Assembly: GCA_036447375.1 (NCBI GenBank) | Contig: JAZFUU010000071.1 | Coordinates: 1 to 63,146 of the forward strand | Direction of reading: 5' to 3' | Length of the DNA: 63,146 bases | From: Myxococcota bacterium | GTDB taxonomy: Bacteria; Myxococcota_A; UBA9160; SMWR01 | In this document: positions 41,113-49,094 of the stretch, piece by piece | How the letters are laid out: every line of letters begins with the position of its first letter | Position numbering within the stretch: the stretch's first letter is position 1 | Notes under the pieces: model-generated | The model's database searches: none | The model's input: only the letters and a program-made list of their open reading frames with translations | Told to the model about the DNA's origin: nothing | Position numbers and translations under genes: made by a program

Positions 41113-41505
41113 TCAATCCAGTTTCAGCAGGGACTTCGCGATCGCCAACACGCGGTTCGTCTGGAGCGGCTTCGTCAGATACTCGTTGGCGCCGAGACTG
41201 ATTCCGCGCGCGCGGTCTGCCTCAGCTCCCTCGGTCGTGATGACGACGATGGGAATGTCGTGCAGGTCGTCGTCGTTTCGGATCAAGCCGATCAGCTTCA
41301 GGCCATCCATGACCGGCATGTTGACGTCGATCAATACGAGATCGAAATGATCGGCAGATAGCTTCCTGAATCCGTCCAGCCCGTCTTGCGCCTCGACGAT
41401 CTCGACGTTCTTCAGGCGCGTGAGGGCGAACCTGAGAACCTGCCGCATCGTCGCGCTGTCTTCGACGATGAGGATTCGCATGCACGCGGCGTTCGGAAAG
41501 CTCAT
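41113..41505 (-). CDS. cheY: CheY-like single-domain response regulator
   Basis: 130 aa. Acidic pocket IVEDS, phospho-acceptor LVLIDVNMP, T in VVITTEG, K in YLTKP. ATGA overlap with the cheR stop. Confidence 0.88.
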   Translation of the reverse strand: MSFPNAACMRILIVEDSATMRQVLRFALTRLKNVEIVEAQDGLDGFRKLSADHFDLVLIDVNMPVMDGLKLIGLIRNDDDLHDIPIVVITTEGAEADRARGISLGANEYLTKPLQTNRVLAIAKSLLKLD

Positions 41506-42425
41506 CGGTCCGCCTTGGGGGCATCGTCCGACAGCCCGGCTTCCGCCCGGCCGTGGCGCGGCGTGCCGAGGCCCAGTCCAGGTGAGGGCTTGAGGTAGAC
41601 CGATTCGTCGTTCAAACGCCGCAGCTCGAACGAAGTCGACACACCCACGAGCGATTCCGAGCGTCCCAGAAACAGATGCCCTCCCGGACGCAGCTTGTCC
41701 CAGAACGTCTCGATCAACCGCTGCCTACTGTCGGATGTAAGACGGGCGCTCGCATCGCGGCACAGCACCACGTCGACGCTGGGAATCGACGCAAGCTGGC
41801 CGGGGTCCAAGAAATTCAGGTCGATGAAATCGACATTTTCCCGAACTGCATCGGAGATCTGCCACAGTCCGCCCCTTTCGTGAAAGTACCGCTGGCGCAG
41901 CGCCGGCTCGGTCTCGCGCAGAGAGGTCTCGCGATAGCTGCCCCGACGGGCCCGCGCCAGCACTCCACGCGAGATGTCCGATGCGAAGATCTTGAAATCG
42001 GTGCCGGGGACGAGTTCGGACTCGAGCGCCAGCATCACCACGCTGTACGGTTCTTCACCGCCCGCGCAGCCCGCCGACCAGATGCTCAGCGGATTGCCGC
42101 CATCGGCCCGACGTTCCACCAGGTTCTCGGCCAGGATCTGCTGAACCAGCGCGTCGAGTTGGCCGCGGTCGCGGAAGAAGTGCGATTCGCCCGAAACCGT
42201 CTCTTCGATGAGTCGAGCGAGTTCCTCGGCTCCCGACGCCTGTCGAATGAAGTAGTGATAGGCAGCAAAGCTCTCGATTTCGAGTTCGCGGACCCGCCGG
42301 GCGATCCGATGCTCCAACGCAGGGCGTGTCTCGGGCCCACACTCGAGTCCGCAGTGAAGGCGCAGGAGTTGGGTGAACATCCGCCACTCGCGATCCGTCA
42401 TCTGAGGGTCTCGCCGATCTTCCAC
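41502..42425 (-). CDS. cheR: Chemotaxis protein methyltransferase CheR
   Basis: 307 aa: an N-terminal helical CheR_N region, then an AdoMet-MTase domain (LSIWSAGCAGGEEPYSVVM, IFASDIS, LCRDA, GGHLFLG). Confidence 0.9.
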   Translation of the reverse strand: MEDRRDPQMTDREWRMFTQLLRLHCGLECGPETRPALEHRIARRVRELEIESFAAYHYFIRQASGAEELARLIEETVSGESHFFRDRGQLDALVQQILAENLVERRADGGNPLSIWSAGCAGGEEPYSVVMLALESELVPGTDFKIFASDISRGVLARARRGSYRETSLRETEPALRQRYFHERGGLWQISDAVRENVDFIDLNFLDPGQLASIPSVDVVLCRDASARLTSDSRQRLIETFWDKLRPGGHLFLGRSESLVGVSTSFELRRLNDESVYLKPSPGLGLGTPRHGRAEAGLSDDAPKADR

Positions 42426-42436
42426 GTACGTCTCCG

Positions 42437-44515
42437 CTAGCTCTCGAGCCGCGTCAGAGCGCGGAGCATTTCTCCGCGCACGAACTCATCCCGCTCGGTA
42501 TGCATTCGACGCAGGATCGCCGGAACGGACTGAGTGACTCCGCGGTCCGCCAATGTTCGGATCGCCTCGGCGCGAACCGACCAATCCGGATGTGAGACGA
42601 GGCCGATCACCGCCCCCAGTCGATCGGAAGCGGCGTGAGCCGCCAAGCACCCGGTCGCCTCCGATATCAGCTCGGGCTCCCCGCGCTCGAGTACTTCCGC
42701 GGCGCGCTCGGCCACGGGACCACCCACCTGCTTCAGGGCCGCCACGGCGGCGATGGCGACGACGGCGTCGTCCGCGAGACCGGCTTCGATCAGCGCGAGG
42801 ACGATTTCGCGGCCGGACTCCTCCGACCGGGAGTATCGGCCGCCGGCGGCTCGAATCGCGGCCGCGCGTACCCAGGGATCTTCATCGCCAGCCAGATGCC
42901 GGAGGGCGGCGAGCGCAGCTTCGCTCGGACAGGAACCGAGGACACGGGCAACCGCCGCGCGGACGGTTGCGGATTCGTCGCCCAGGGCCGATCGCAGGGT
43001 TTCGGTCGCCGCCGCCGGATCGAGTCGCCCCACCGCTCCGACCGCCGCCCGTCGGACCCCTGCGTCGGAATCGCCGAGCAGGATCTCGATGAGAGGCTGA
43101 TCCGAAACGCGAGCGATTCTCCCAAGCACCCCGGCCAATGCGCGTCGAACCCGATCCGGCGCACCCTGAAACCGCGAACGAAGGAGTTCCACCAGCTCAT
43201 CGGCGAGGCTCGCGCGTTCCGACAGGGCGATCAGTGCCTCGCTCGCCGCAATCACCTCGGCTCCGCAGTCGAATTCGTACTCGCGAGCCGCCGTCTCCAA
43301 TCGATCCATCAGAACCGGGACCGCCTCCGCACGCTCCCCTACCGATCGTGCGGCCGCAATTCGGACCTCGGGGTCGACATCCTCCAGGGCCTCCATCAGT
43401 CGTGGCGACCCGCGCCCGCCATCGATGCGACCGAGGAGCAGACATGCGTTGCGTCTCGATTCCCGCTCGAGATCGTTCCAGGCAGCGTCGAGCGTTTCCG
43501 CTGCCAACGAGCCCATGGCCTCCAGGGTCGCAAGGCAGACGTCGACGAGCGCGTCGTCGTTCCCCGCGCGCAGAATCGGACCCACCACCTCGGGAGTTCG
43601 CAACAGCCCGAGGAACTGAACGAGGATCAGTCGCGTCGCCAGGTCCGCATTCGCGAGGCGCTGAACGGCGGACGTCACCAGCACGGGGGACTCGTCGGCG
43701 GCTTGCCGGATCTTTTCGAACAGCTCCTCACACCCCGCACCGTCACTGCGAGCGACCAGAATCAACAGCGAACGAATGGCCGCTTCGCGAGCGCTTCGCG
43801 ACCGCTCGGCCAGAGCCTTCAGCAGCGTCGGAACCGCCTCTCCGTCGTCGGGGCAACCGAGCAGGAGCAACGCGGCCGGGCACAGGGTGGGATCGTCGAG
43901 GACCGCGCCGAGCTCACTCACCGGGATCCGCTCTCCCAGCAAGAAGAGAGCGTGGAGCGCAGCAAACCGCACCGGGGGGACCTCCTCCGAGTCCGTCGCC
44001 AGCCGGTGCAGCGCCCGGTCGACTCCATCTCCACCGATGGCGCCGAGGGCCTCGGCGATCGCGGCGCGCACATTCGGGTCGGGGTCCTCGATCAGACACA
44101 GGAGGTGGGGAAGAGCCTGGGAATCCCCGATGGCGGCGAGGATATCCACCGTGAGCTTGCGCACGTCTGGATCGTTCGTTCCGATCGCGTCCACGATCAG
44201 GGGCACGACCTTGGAGCCGCATCGGATGAGCGCTTCAACGGCGGCATTCCGGCGGCCGGGATCGTCTGCTTCCGCCAATTCGGGAATCAGCGCGTCGGCG
44301 GCCAGCGTGATGTCGGGACATGCCGCGAGCCGTTCCACCGACGCTTTCCGAACTCGCCAACTCGGATCGCCCAGCGCCTCGATCAAGACCGGTATCGAAT
44401 CCGCGACTCCGATGGCTCCGACGCGCTCGACCGCCAGGCGCCGGACTTCTTCATCCGAACTTTCCAGGTCTCGCAAGATGCTCTCGCGATCGCGGTCGTC
44501 GCAGAGGTCGCTCAT
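42437..44515 (-). CDS. HEAT-repeat (PBS-lyase-type) protein
   Basis: 692 aa built from many repeats of the form D(P/E)xxxVRxxAxxALGxIG (e.g. LGDPSWRVRKASVERLAA, DPDVRKLTVDILAAIGD, DPNVRAAIAEALGAIGG, DPEVRIAAARSVGE, DEDPWVRAAAIRAAG, HPDWSVRAEAIRTLAD). Confidence 0.85.
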   Translation of the reverse strand: MSDLCDDRDRESILRDLESSDEEVRRLAVERVGAIGVADSIPVLIEALGDPSWRVRKASVERLAACPDITLAADALIPELAEADDPGRRNAAVEALIRCGSKVVPLIVDAIGTNDPDVRKLTVDILAAIGDSQALPHLLCLIEDPDPNVRAAIAEALGAIGGDGVDRALHRLATDSEEVPPVRFAALHALFLLGERIPVSELGAVLDDPTLCPAALLLLGCPDDGEAVPTLLKALAERSRSAREAAIRSLLILVARSDGAGCEELFEKIRQAADESPVLVTSAVQRLANADLATRLILVQFLGLLRTPEVVGPILRAGNDDALVDVCLATLEAMGSLAAETLDAAWNDLERESRRNACLLLGRIDGGRGSPRLMEALEDVDPEVRIAAARSVGERAEAVPVLMDRLETAAREYEFDCGAEVIAASEALIALSERASLADELVELLRSRFQGAPDRVRRALAGVLGRIARVSDQPLIEILLGDSDAGVRRAAVGAVGRLDPAAATETLRSALGDESATVRAAVARVLGSCPSEAALAALRHLAGDEDPWVRAAAIRAAGGRYSRSEESGREIVLALIEAGLADDAVVAIAAVAALKQVGGPVAERAAEVLERGEPELISEATGCLAAHAASDRLGAVIGLVSHPDWSVRAEAIRTLADRGVTQSVPAILRRMHTERDEFVRGEMLRALTRLES

Positions 44516-45510
44516 GGCTTGCCCCGGTTGCGCGCGACGCGCTGGATCTCTTCCGCGAGAAAATCCTTCTTCGCGCGAACGGCCGCATCGATCCGCTGTT
44601 CAAAGTGCGCACGTCCCTCGCTGATCTCTACCGCCAGGGCCTCCGCGGGATTCCCGCTTGCGACCGCCGCGTCGAATTTCGCCTCGTTGTACAGCACGAT
44701 GTCCGCCACGATGACGCGCGCCAGACGCTCGGCCTCGGCCGTCCCAGGATCCGCATCGCTCTCTGCGGCTGTCGGAGGCACCGTCACAGCCGGGGCGGGT
44801 GCGGGGGGAGGCGCGGCCACCGGCTGTGGAGGTTTCGCGGCGACGGGCGCGGGGGAAGGCGCGGCCACCGGCTGCGGAGGTTTCGCGGCGACGGGCGCGG
44901 GGGGAGGCGCGGCCACCGGCTGCGGAGGTTTCGCAGCGACGGGCGCGGGGGGAGGCGCGGCCACCGGCTGCGGAGGTTTCGCAGCGACGGGCGCGGATTG
45001 GGCCCCGAGGCCGAGATCGTCCACCAGGGACCGGAGGGCGGCAGGCAGCTGGGCGCGCTCGACCCGGGCATCCGGCCCGAAGGGCGCCGCCGACGGGTCG
45101 CTGGGGTCCTGAGCCACGTCGACCAGGACGACCCGGATCTGCTGCAGACTCGCATTCCGCTTGATCAGTTCGCACACCTGGAGCCCGGTCATCTTGGGGA
45201 GATCCGTGTCGAGAACCACCAGCGCCGGCAGGGCTCTCTGCACGCTGAGAATCGCATCGACACCATCGTGGACCAGCAGCGGACGCAGACCCCAGGCGAT
45301 CAGGGTGTTCGCCAGCTCCCGCCCGGCATCAACACTGCAGCAGGCGATAATTGCGTTCGCATTCTCCGGCGGACTCGCCTTCGGCGCCGGCGGTCGAACG
45401 CGGAACGCGGCCCCACATTCCGAACATCGGATGCCCGACCCCTTCGGACCCAGGCGACTCGCATCCACGCGGTAGCGCGCGCCGCATTTCGGACATGCCG
45501 CGATCATCAC
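44512..45510 (-). CDS. MJ0042-type zinc-ribbon / degenerate receiver / Pro-rich tandem-repeat protein
   Basis: 332 aa. CPKCGARYRV...IRCSECGAAFRV (two CxxC pairs). A CheY-like fold segment with VVLDTDLPKMTG but no N-terminal acidic pair (IIACCSVD). Four copies of PVAAKPPQPVAAPPPA. A conserved-looking helical C-terminus (RLARVIVADIVLYNEAKFDAAV...). Confidence 0.8.
   Translation of the reverse strand: MMIAACPKCGARYRVDASRLGPKGSGIRCSECGAAFRVRPPAPKASPPENANAIIACCSVDAGRELANTLIAWGLRPLLVHDGVDAILSVQRALPALVVLDTDLPKMTGLQVCELIKRNASLQQIRVVLVDVAQDPSDPSAAPFGPDARVERAQLPAALRSLVDDLGLGAQSAPVAAKPPQPVAAPPPAPVAAKPPQPVAAPPPAPVAAKPPQPVAAPSPAPVAAKPPQPVAAPPPAPAPAVTVPPTAAESDADPGTAEAERLARVIVADIVLYNEAKFDAAVASGNPAEALAVEISEGRAHFEQRIDAAVRAKKDFLAEEIQRVARNRGKP
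44800..44996. repeat. 48-bp direct tandem repeat, about four copies, in frame inside the CDS
   Basis: Plus-strand unit GGCGCGGCCACCGGCTG(T/C)GGAGGTTTCGC(G/A)GCGACGGGCGCGGGGG(A/G)A. Three full near-identical units span 44810-44953, with partial copies on both sides. Only 1-2 substitutions between units. Confidence 0.9.
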
Positions 45511-48089
45511 CGACTCCCTCCATCGCCCGAGGCAATGCGGACTCTTCCAATATCCTTCCGCAAGTCCACCGCCTTCCGAAAAAGCTCTCTCACGGCCCCC
45601 TCCATCTGCTGCGATAGCTCCTCGTTCGAACGCGTACGCTTTCGCAAGTCTCCCAGGAATTCGACCGCCGTCTCACAAGCCAGCGACTGTCCCTGAAACG
45701 CGGCTTCGACACGTCCCGCGTGTTCGCGCACCCGATCGACGCTCTCCTTGATCCGGGCCGAACCATGCGGTGCGTTTCCACTCAAACGATCGGCCGCTTC
45801 GCGCATGGCGATCGCGCCTCGAAACGCCGTTTCGTTGTCCCGCTCCTGGTCTCCGGATACGTGCCGGATCCCTTCGACTCCCGCTTTCACTCGCTCCATG
45901 AGCTCCACCACATGGCCGGCGGCCCTGGCCTGCTCGCTCACCACCGTCACGATTCTTGCCATTCGCGTACCGCTTTCTCGCGACGTAAGTGTGATTTCCT
46001 CGAGACTCACCCCGGCCTCCGCGGACAGATCCACGCCACTCGCGACGCTCTCGCCGCCCCGCTCGACGGCCCCGATCGCATTCGAACTCTCGGATTGGAG
46101 GCCCCGGATCAGGGCCCCGATCTCCTTGGTGCTCACCAGAACGCGATCGGCCAGGTCCTTGATCTGATCGGCAACCACCGCGAAGGCACGTCCGTTTTCC
46201 CCGGCTTGAGCCGCGATAATCGCAGCGTTGAGGGCCAGAAGATTCGTCTCATCGGCGACATCGTCGATCACTTCCACGATCGCGCCGATCTCATTGGTTC
46301 GAATTCCGAGATTTCGGATCACCCGCTCTGCGGTCTCGGTCGCGTCGCGGATCGCCTCCATCCCGGCAATCGTCTGCCGCACCTTTTCCTGGCCCTTCTC
46401 GGCGCCGTTGACGACCTGCCGTGACAAGCGAACCGACTCCTCTGCCGATGTATCCACCTCATGCAGGGACGTCGCCATCTCCGCCATGCTCGCCGACATC
46501 TGCGCCGATGTATCGCCCAGCGACGAGGCGTTCTCGGAGACCTCGCGAACGCTCAGAAGCATCTGCTCGATCGAGCTCGAAACCCCGGCTACCTGCGTCG
46601 ACAAGACTCGCGCCGTTTCACCCAGCTGCTGCTCCGCGGATCCGAGTTCCGAAACCGAATGGTGCGCCTCCTCCACAACAACGGTCAGCTGGGAACTCGA
46701 ATTCGCCATCACCTTGGCCCGATCCTTGATCCCCTCGATCGAGGTTGCGGACTGTTCGATTCCCCGGCTCTGATCCGCTGTCACGGCGACCAGGTTGCCG
46801 GCCAGTCCCTCGATCTCGTCGACCATCGACTCCACCCGTTCCGCGGCGGTCGCAATCTGGGCGAAATCCGCCCTGAGGGTGGATCCCATCCGATCGAACA
46901 ATCGCGCCAGCTCTCCCAACTCGTCTTCGGACTCGTACGCTCGAGCCGGGACCGACTCCCCCGAGGCCATCCGCTCGGCGACACGGCGCAGGGCCCGCGT
47001 CGCGCGACCCATGGCGCTGGAGAACACGATGGCCAACCCGACGGCGACGGCCACAGACACCACCAGCAGGCCGGCGAAGACTTCCCAGTAGCCGGAACTC
47101 GGGAGTTCACTGCGAGGGGTAGCAGCGACGAGCACTCGTCGATCGTCGATCCGGCGCCAGGAAAGGATCATCCGGCTGTCGAGTCGGGTCGTACTCCCTT
47201 CGCCAACTCCTCGAGCGATTTCGAGGCGCAGGTGTTCGAGAAGCTCGGGCGCCACATGCGATTGGCCGACTTCGCCGGGCGTCAGTTCGAGCAGCGAGAT
47301 CGCGATGGGGAGGCCTGCGTCGGACGTGACGCCATTCGCCCCATCGTCGGCGAGTGCCCGCTGCGCTTCCGCACCTGTCATTGCGAGACGCTGCCAGTGA
47401 AGGGTCAGATCCTCGATGGAACGCGTGGCCCTGGACTCGGCGAATAGCAATCCGCAGACCAACGGAATCGCAACCACTCCCATCGCACCGGCGAGAAGCT
47501 TGCGTCGCAGGGGCAGATGGCGATTCAACGCGTTTCGCTCCGCGGGATCCGCGAACTCCGACGCCAACACCTCCCCCACGGATTCGACCACGCGGCGCAC
47601 CCCGAGGTACACGAAACAACCCACGACCAGACCGGCACACACGCCGGAGAGCGTCACGACCGCGGCGTCGAAGGCGCCCCACTCGGAAAACCGCAGGCGC
47701 ATCGCCAAGGCGATCGCAGCTGCCAGACCCGTCCACGCGATACTGCCCACCCAGGCGCTCCCGCCGGGCAGTTTCTGGATCGCCGCAAAGGCCAATCGAG
47801 GCGGATTTTCTCCCGTCGGATCGGGAGCGGTGAGCCCCTCGCTCCGCCGCTCGAGGTGGACACACACCGGTTCGAGAAGCCGGCGCAGCCACATCCACGC
47901 GAGTCCGCCGACCACAGCGCCGCCGCCCGCCACCAGCCCCAACAGCCATTTCCACTCGGCTTCGCCGATGTCGAGAAGCCCGATCCAGCCGACGATGACG
48001 ACGGGCACGGCCGAAATCGCCAAGCCCCTGACCTCGCCGATCACTTGTCGCCGGAACTCGGAGGCCCCGATCAGTCGGTTGGAACTCAC
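45507..48089 (-). CDS. Methyl-accepting chemotaxis protein with a multi-TM N-terminal region
   Basis: 860 aa. Highly conserved signalling hairpin EIGAIVEVIDDVADETNLLALNAAIIAAQAGENGRAFAVVADQIKDLADR. HAMP-like segment after the last TM helix (RALRRVAERMASGE...ELGELARLFDRM). Several N-terminal hydrophobic helices. Confidence 0.9.
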   Translation of the reverse strand: MSSNRLIGASEFRRQVIGEVRGLAISAVPVVIVGWIGLLDIGEAEWKWLLGLVAGGGAVVGGLAWMWLRRLLEPVCVHLERRSEGLTAPDPTGENPPRLAFAAIQKLPGGSAWVGSIAWTGLAAAIALAMRLRFSEWGAFDAAVVTLSGVCAGLVVGCFVYLGVRRVVESVGEVLASEFADPAERNALNRHLPLRRKLLAGAMGVVAIPLVCGLLFAESRATRSIEDLTLHWQRLAMTGAEAQRALADDGANGVTSDAGLPIAISLLELTPGEVGQSHVAPELLEHLRLEIARGVGEGSTTRLDSRMILSWRRIDDRRVLVAATPRSELPSSGYWEVFAGLLVVSVAVAVGLAIVFSSAMGRATRALRRVAERMASGESVPARAYESEDELGELARLFDRMGSTLRADFAQIATAAERVESMVDEIEGLAGNLVAVTADQSRGIEQSATSIEGIKDRAKVMANSSSQLTVVVEEAHHSVSELGSAEQQLGETARVLSTQVAGVSSSIEQMLLSVREVSENASSLGDTSAQMSASMAEMATSLHEVDTSAEESVRLSRQVVNGAEKGQEKVRQTIAGMEAIRDATETAERVIRNLGIRTNEIGAIVEVIDDVADETNLLALNAAIIAAQAGENGRAFAVVADQIKDLADRVLVSTKEIGALIRGLQSESSNAIGAVERGGESVASGVDLSAEAGVSLEEITLTSRESGTRMARIVTVVSEQARAAGHVVELMERVKAGVEGIRHVSGDQERDNETAFRGAIAMREAADRLSGNAPHGSARIKESVDRVREHAGRVEAAFQGQSLACETAVEFLGDLRKRTRSNEELSQQMEGAVRELFRKAVDLRKDIGRVRIASGDGGSR

Positions 48090-48586
48090 GCCGACGCCTC
48101 CCGCGTAGACGACTCGGAGTCGCGAACGAGCCGGAGAAGCGATTCCAGCGACAGGACGACGATCGGATCGGCTCCCTTCCTACGCACGACGGCCTGTATC
48201 AGCTCACCGGAGTTCGGGCTGGAGGTCTCCGCAGGTCGACACAAATCCGAGGCTTCCACGGTCACCACGTCGGTCGCCCGCTGCACGACCAGCCCAATCA
48301 CGAGCCCGCCGATTTGACTGATGACGATCCGCCCTCCGGCGGTTTCCCCGATCGGGGCTTCGCCAAGGGCCCGACCCAGGTCGACAACCGGTATCAGTGT
48401 GCCCCGCAATTCGATCACACCCTCGATCAGCGGGGGCGACCCGGGCAACGGCTTCACGGTCCTCCAGCGAACGATCTCGCGAATGCTCGTGACGTCCATT
48501 CCGAAGGTGTGGCTGCCCACCTCGAAGCAGCCGAGGGTCAGCCCCGGCTCCTTGGCGGCCGCGGATTCAGGACTCATCGTGAACAT
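48086..48586 (-). CDS. cheW: CheW-like coupling protein
   Basis: 166 aa: FGMDVTSIREIVRWRTVKPLPGSPPLIEGVIELRGTLIPVVDLGRALG, a typical CheW domain. Confidence 0.88.
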   Translation of the reverse strand: MFTMSPESAAAKEPGLTLGCFEVGSHTFGMDVTSIREIVRWRTVKPLPGSPPLIEGVIELRGTLIPVVDLGRALGEAPIGETAGGRIVISQIGGLVIGLVVQRATDVVTVEASDLCRPAETSSPNSGELIQAVVRRKGADPIVVLSLESLLRLVRDSESSTREASA

Positions 48587-49094
48587 CCAACAACGAGTCG
48601 AGGGCGATCACGGAAATGAACTGGTCTCGGTACCGACACATGGCCTCGACGGCGACGGACTCACCGGGCAGCGAGGGGTGCAATGCGTCCTCCGGAATGC
48701 GGAGGACCCCCACCACAGCGTCGACCAGCAGTCCCGCTGCGGTGCCGTCGGCTCCGCGCACGAAGAGAATGCGGCTCGCCCGCGTCGGCTCCCCGGGTGG
48801 AAATCCGAGCCTGCGCCGGACGTCGATGATCTGGACGATTTCGCCGCGCTGCGAGACCACGCCGCAAATCTCCTTGGGCACCCTGGGAATGGGCGTGATC
48901 GGCCGGATCCGGACGACCTCGCGCACTCGTTCCACCGCGAGCGCGTACACGACGCCACCCAGCTCGCATGCGAGAAATTCGCTCGATTCGTCTCGGAGTT
49001 CGGGCTCGACTTCGCCTTCCGACGCCGAGCGAGCGAGTGCCTCCCATGCCCCGGTCGTATCCACGGAAGCAGCGATCGATGCCCTACTCCTCAC
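48567..49094 (-). CDS. cheW: CheW-like coupling protein (second copy)
   Basis: 175 aa: YALAVERVREVVRIRPITPIPRVPKEICGVVSQRGEIVQIIDVRRRLG. The exact start is uncertain. Confidence 0.85.
   Translation of the reverse strand: MRSRASIAASVDTTGAWEALARSASEGEVEPELRDESSEFLACELGGVVYALAVERVREVVRIRPITPIPRVPKEICGVVSQRGEIVQIIDVRRRLGFPPGEPTRASRILFVRGADGTAAGLLVDAVVGVLRIPEDALHPSLPGESVAVEAMCRYRDQFISVIALDSLLDVHDES

Noticed and set aside
44800-44996. Possible CRISPR array
   Set aside because: The repeats are directly abutting with no spacers, lie in frame inside a CDS, and no cas genes are present.
42635-45112. 825-aa plus-strand ORF with repeated GGAATGCGGFAATGAG segments
   Set aside because: Antisense to the HEAT-repeat and zinc-ribbon genes. 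The apparent protein repeat is simply the 48-bp tandem repeat read on the other strand.
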